DNA of 64,000 nt, taken from NCBI GenBank assembly GCA_027118455.1, contig JAJAYZ010000067.1:6987-70986 (forward strand), in the 5' to 3' direction. A program made the translations under genes and the position numbers. The notes beneath the pieces are model-generated. The model was not told the origin of the DNA and did no database searches. It saw nothing but the letters and a program-made list of their open reading frames with translations. Numbering within the stretch: the first letter of the stretch is position 1; every line of letters starts with the position of its first letter. Shown here piece after piece: positions 62,850-64,000 of the stretch. This DNA comes from Actinomycetes bacterium (GTDB lineage Bacteria > Actinomycetota > Actinomycetes > JAHEKZ01).

Positions 62850-63445
62850 GCGCTCAGCTCCAGCCGTCGGCCCTGGATGACCGCTGAAGCCTGCTCCATG
62901 TAGAGAACTGCCGACCACCAGTAGATGCACGTCCCCCATATGAGAAAGGCCCAGGCGATGGGAGTGGCGATATCGGCCACCACACCATCATCTGTGGTCA
63001 AGAAGAGAGTGGGCATCCCGTACAGCAGGCATGCGGTTGCTACCTTGCCGACGTAATGGACGGGAAGCGGCGCTACCCCTCGTCGATGAACGTACAGCTG
63101 CACGAAGAACATCACGACGTCTCGGGCGAGGAGGACGAGGACGAGCCACCAGGGAACGACCTCGCGGATCGCCAGCACGACGATGGTGCTGGCGACGAAG
63201 ATCCGGTCCGCGATGGGGTCCAGTAGTTGTCCCGCGCGCGACGTCATGTGGAAGCGACGGGCGATGGCCCCGTCCAGCCAATCGGTGATGGCGCTGAAGG
63301 CGAGGACTGCGAAGGCAAGCAGGTCGTCTTCGGGACCGAGCGCGACCCAGATGAAGACTGGTATCAGCAGAAGGCGTACCAAGGAGAGAGCGTTCGGGAT
63401 GGTCAAGATGCGGTCGGAGACCTCATCGGGGACGCTCTCAGGCAT
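62846..63445 (-). CDS. pgsA: CDP-alcohol phosphatidyltransferase (phosphatidylglycerophosphate synthase-like)
   Basis: D-G-x2-A-R...G-x3-D-x3-D motif (ITDWLDGAIARRFHMTSRAGQLLDPIADR). Start taken at ATG 63445 (MPESVPDE..). Confidence 0.8.
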   Translation of the reverse strand: MPESVPDEVSDRILTIPNALSLVRLLLIPVFIWVALGPEDDLLAFAVLAFSAITDWLDGAIARRFHMTSRAGQLLDPIADRIFVASTIVVLAIREVVPWWLVLVLLARDVVMFFVQLYVHRRGVAPLPVHYVGKVATACLLYGMPTLFLTTDDGVVADIATPIAWAFLIWGTCIYWWSAVLYMEQASAVIQGRRLELSA

Positions 63446-63544
63446 CCCGCACCTCCCCCGCACTCTCATTCGCACCGGCTTACTCGACCGAGACTAACGC
63501 CCGTCGGGTCCAGGCTTCGGCGTGCCGGCCCCACCAGCCGCGGC

Positions 63545-64000
63545 TAACTTGGCGATGACGCAATCTAACGACCAGGCGCCGACTATCGCGAAGGTCCGTG
63601 CCACGGCTAACGGGCCTTATCACGTGACGGGCATCAAAAGGACCGTGTGGCGAGGGGTGGTCAAGGCCTCAGAGGGTGAACCGATTGCTTGGCGCGAGCG
63701 TGGCGTGGTCGCCGATCCGGGATCCCGCTCGGTGCGCACAGAAGTCTTCGGCAGTGGCGAGGTCACCTTTGAGGATGACCGGGGTCTGTGCGTCCACGCG
63801 GGGTTCTGTGGCAACAAAGTCACTAACGCCTGGAAGCTGGCAGCCCGGGAGGACCTCGACGGCACCGAAGCCACACAACTGGTTGCCATGGCCCAGCACT
63901 GTCCGTCGGGGGCTATCTCCATCAAGGTGACTGACGGCGACCTCAAACCAGCGTTACCCACTGAAGTAGTGCTCGTGCCCGATGGTCCACTTTGGGCCAC
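63545..64000 (+). CDS. CDGSH-type iron-sulfur domain-like protein, 3'-partial (runs off the window; not in the ORF track)
   Basis: Frame is open from ATG 63545 to the window end. NGPYHVTG and DGPLWA repeats and a C-x-H-x-G-F-C-G cysteine cluster resemble bacterial CDGSH/divergent 4Fe-4S proteins. Confidence 0.5.

Noticed and set aside
63620-64000. Minus-strand 126-aa ORF at the window edge
   Set aside because: S/T/R/P-rich and non-coding-like. The opposite strand encodes a plausible CDGSH-like protein in an open frame.

Overview
High-GC actinobacterial chromosomal segment, densely coding on both strands. I found no rRNA or tRNA genes, CRISPR arrays or transposases.

Most of the window is conserved actinobacterial core, in three syntenic blocks:
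(1) a SCO1664-family gene, mshC and a PAC2-family gene, followed by an ABC exporter, a RecB-like nuclease, an M50 protease and trmI;
(2) the complete Pup-proteasome locus (arc/mpa, dop, pup, prcB, prcA, pafA, pafB, pafC), followed by tatA, tatC, helY, a 5'-3' exonuclease and pepE;
(3) a glycine-cleavage block with gcvP preceded by a tandem glycine riboswitch, then MerR, a DUF151 nuclease, a second MerR, garA, gcvH, DUF881, sbp, DUF881 and pgsA.

Between these blocks lie less ordinary regions.

The main hunt result is an operon at about 31.5-41.4 kb. It holds a radical-SAM/B12 lysine-aminomutase gene set (kamA divergent from kdd, then an Amidohydro_3 gene, kamD, kamE and a Kal-like hotdog gene). 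Its coupled start/stop codons run straight into lnt, ppm1 and fxsA.

The second region is an accessory-looking island at about 42-54 kb. It contains a type III PKS cluster (PKS, ICMT-family methyltransferase, FAD oxidoreductase), a divergent pair of secreted LamG and FG-GAP proteins, fhs, and a decayed Glu/Leu/Phe/Val-dehydrogenase pseudogene.

Several palindromic candidate operators and one partial CDGSH-like gene at the window edge (absent from the ORF track) are also reported.

All calls rest on reading the ORF translations and motifs by eye; no database searches were run.
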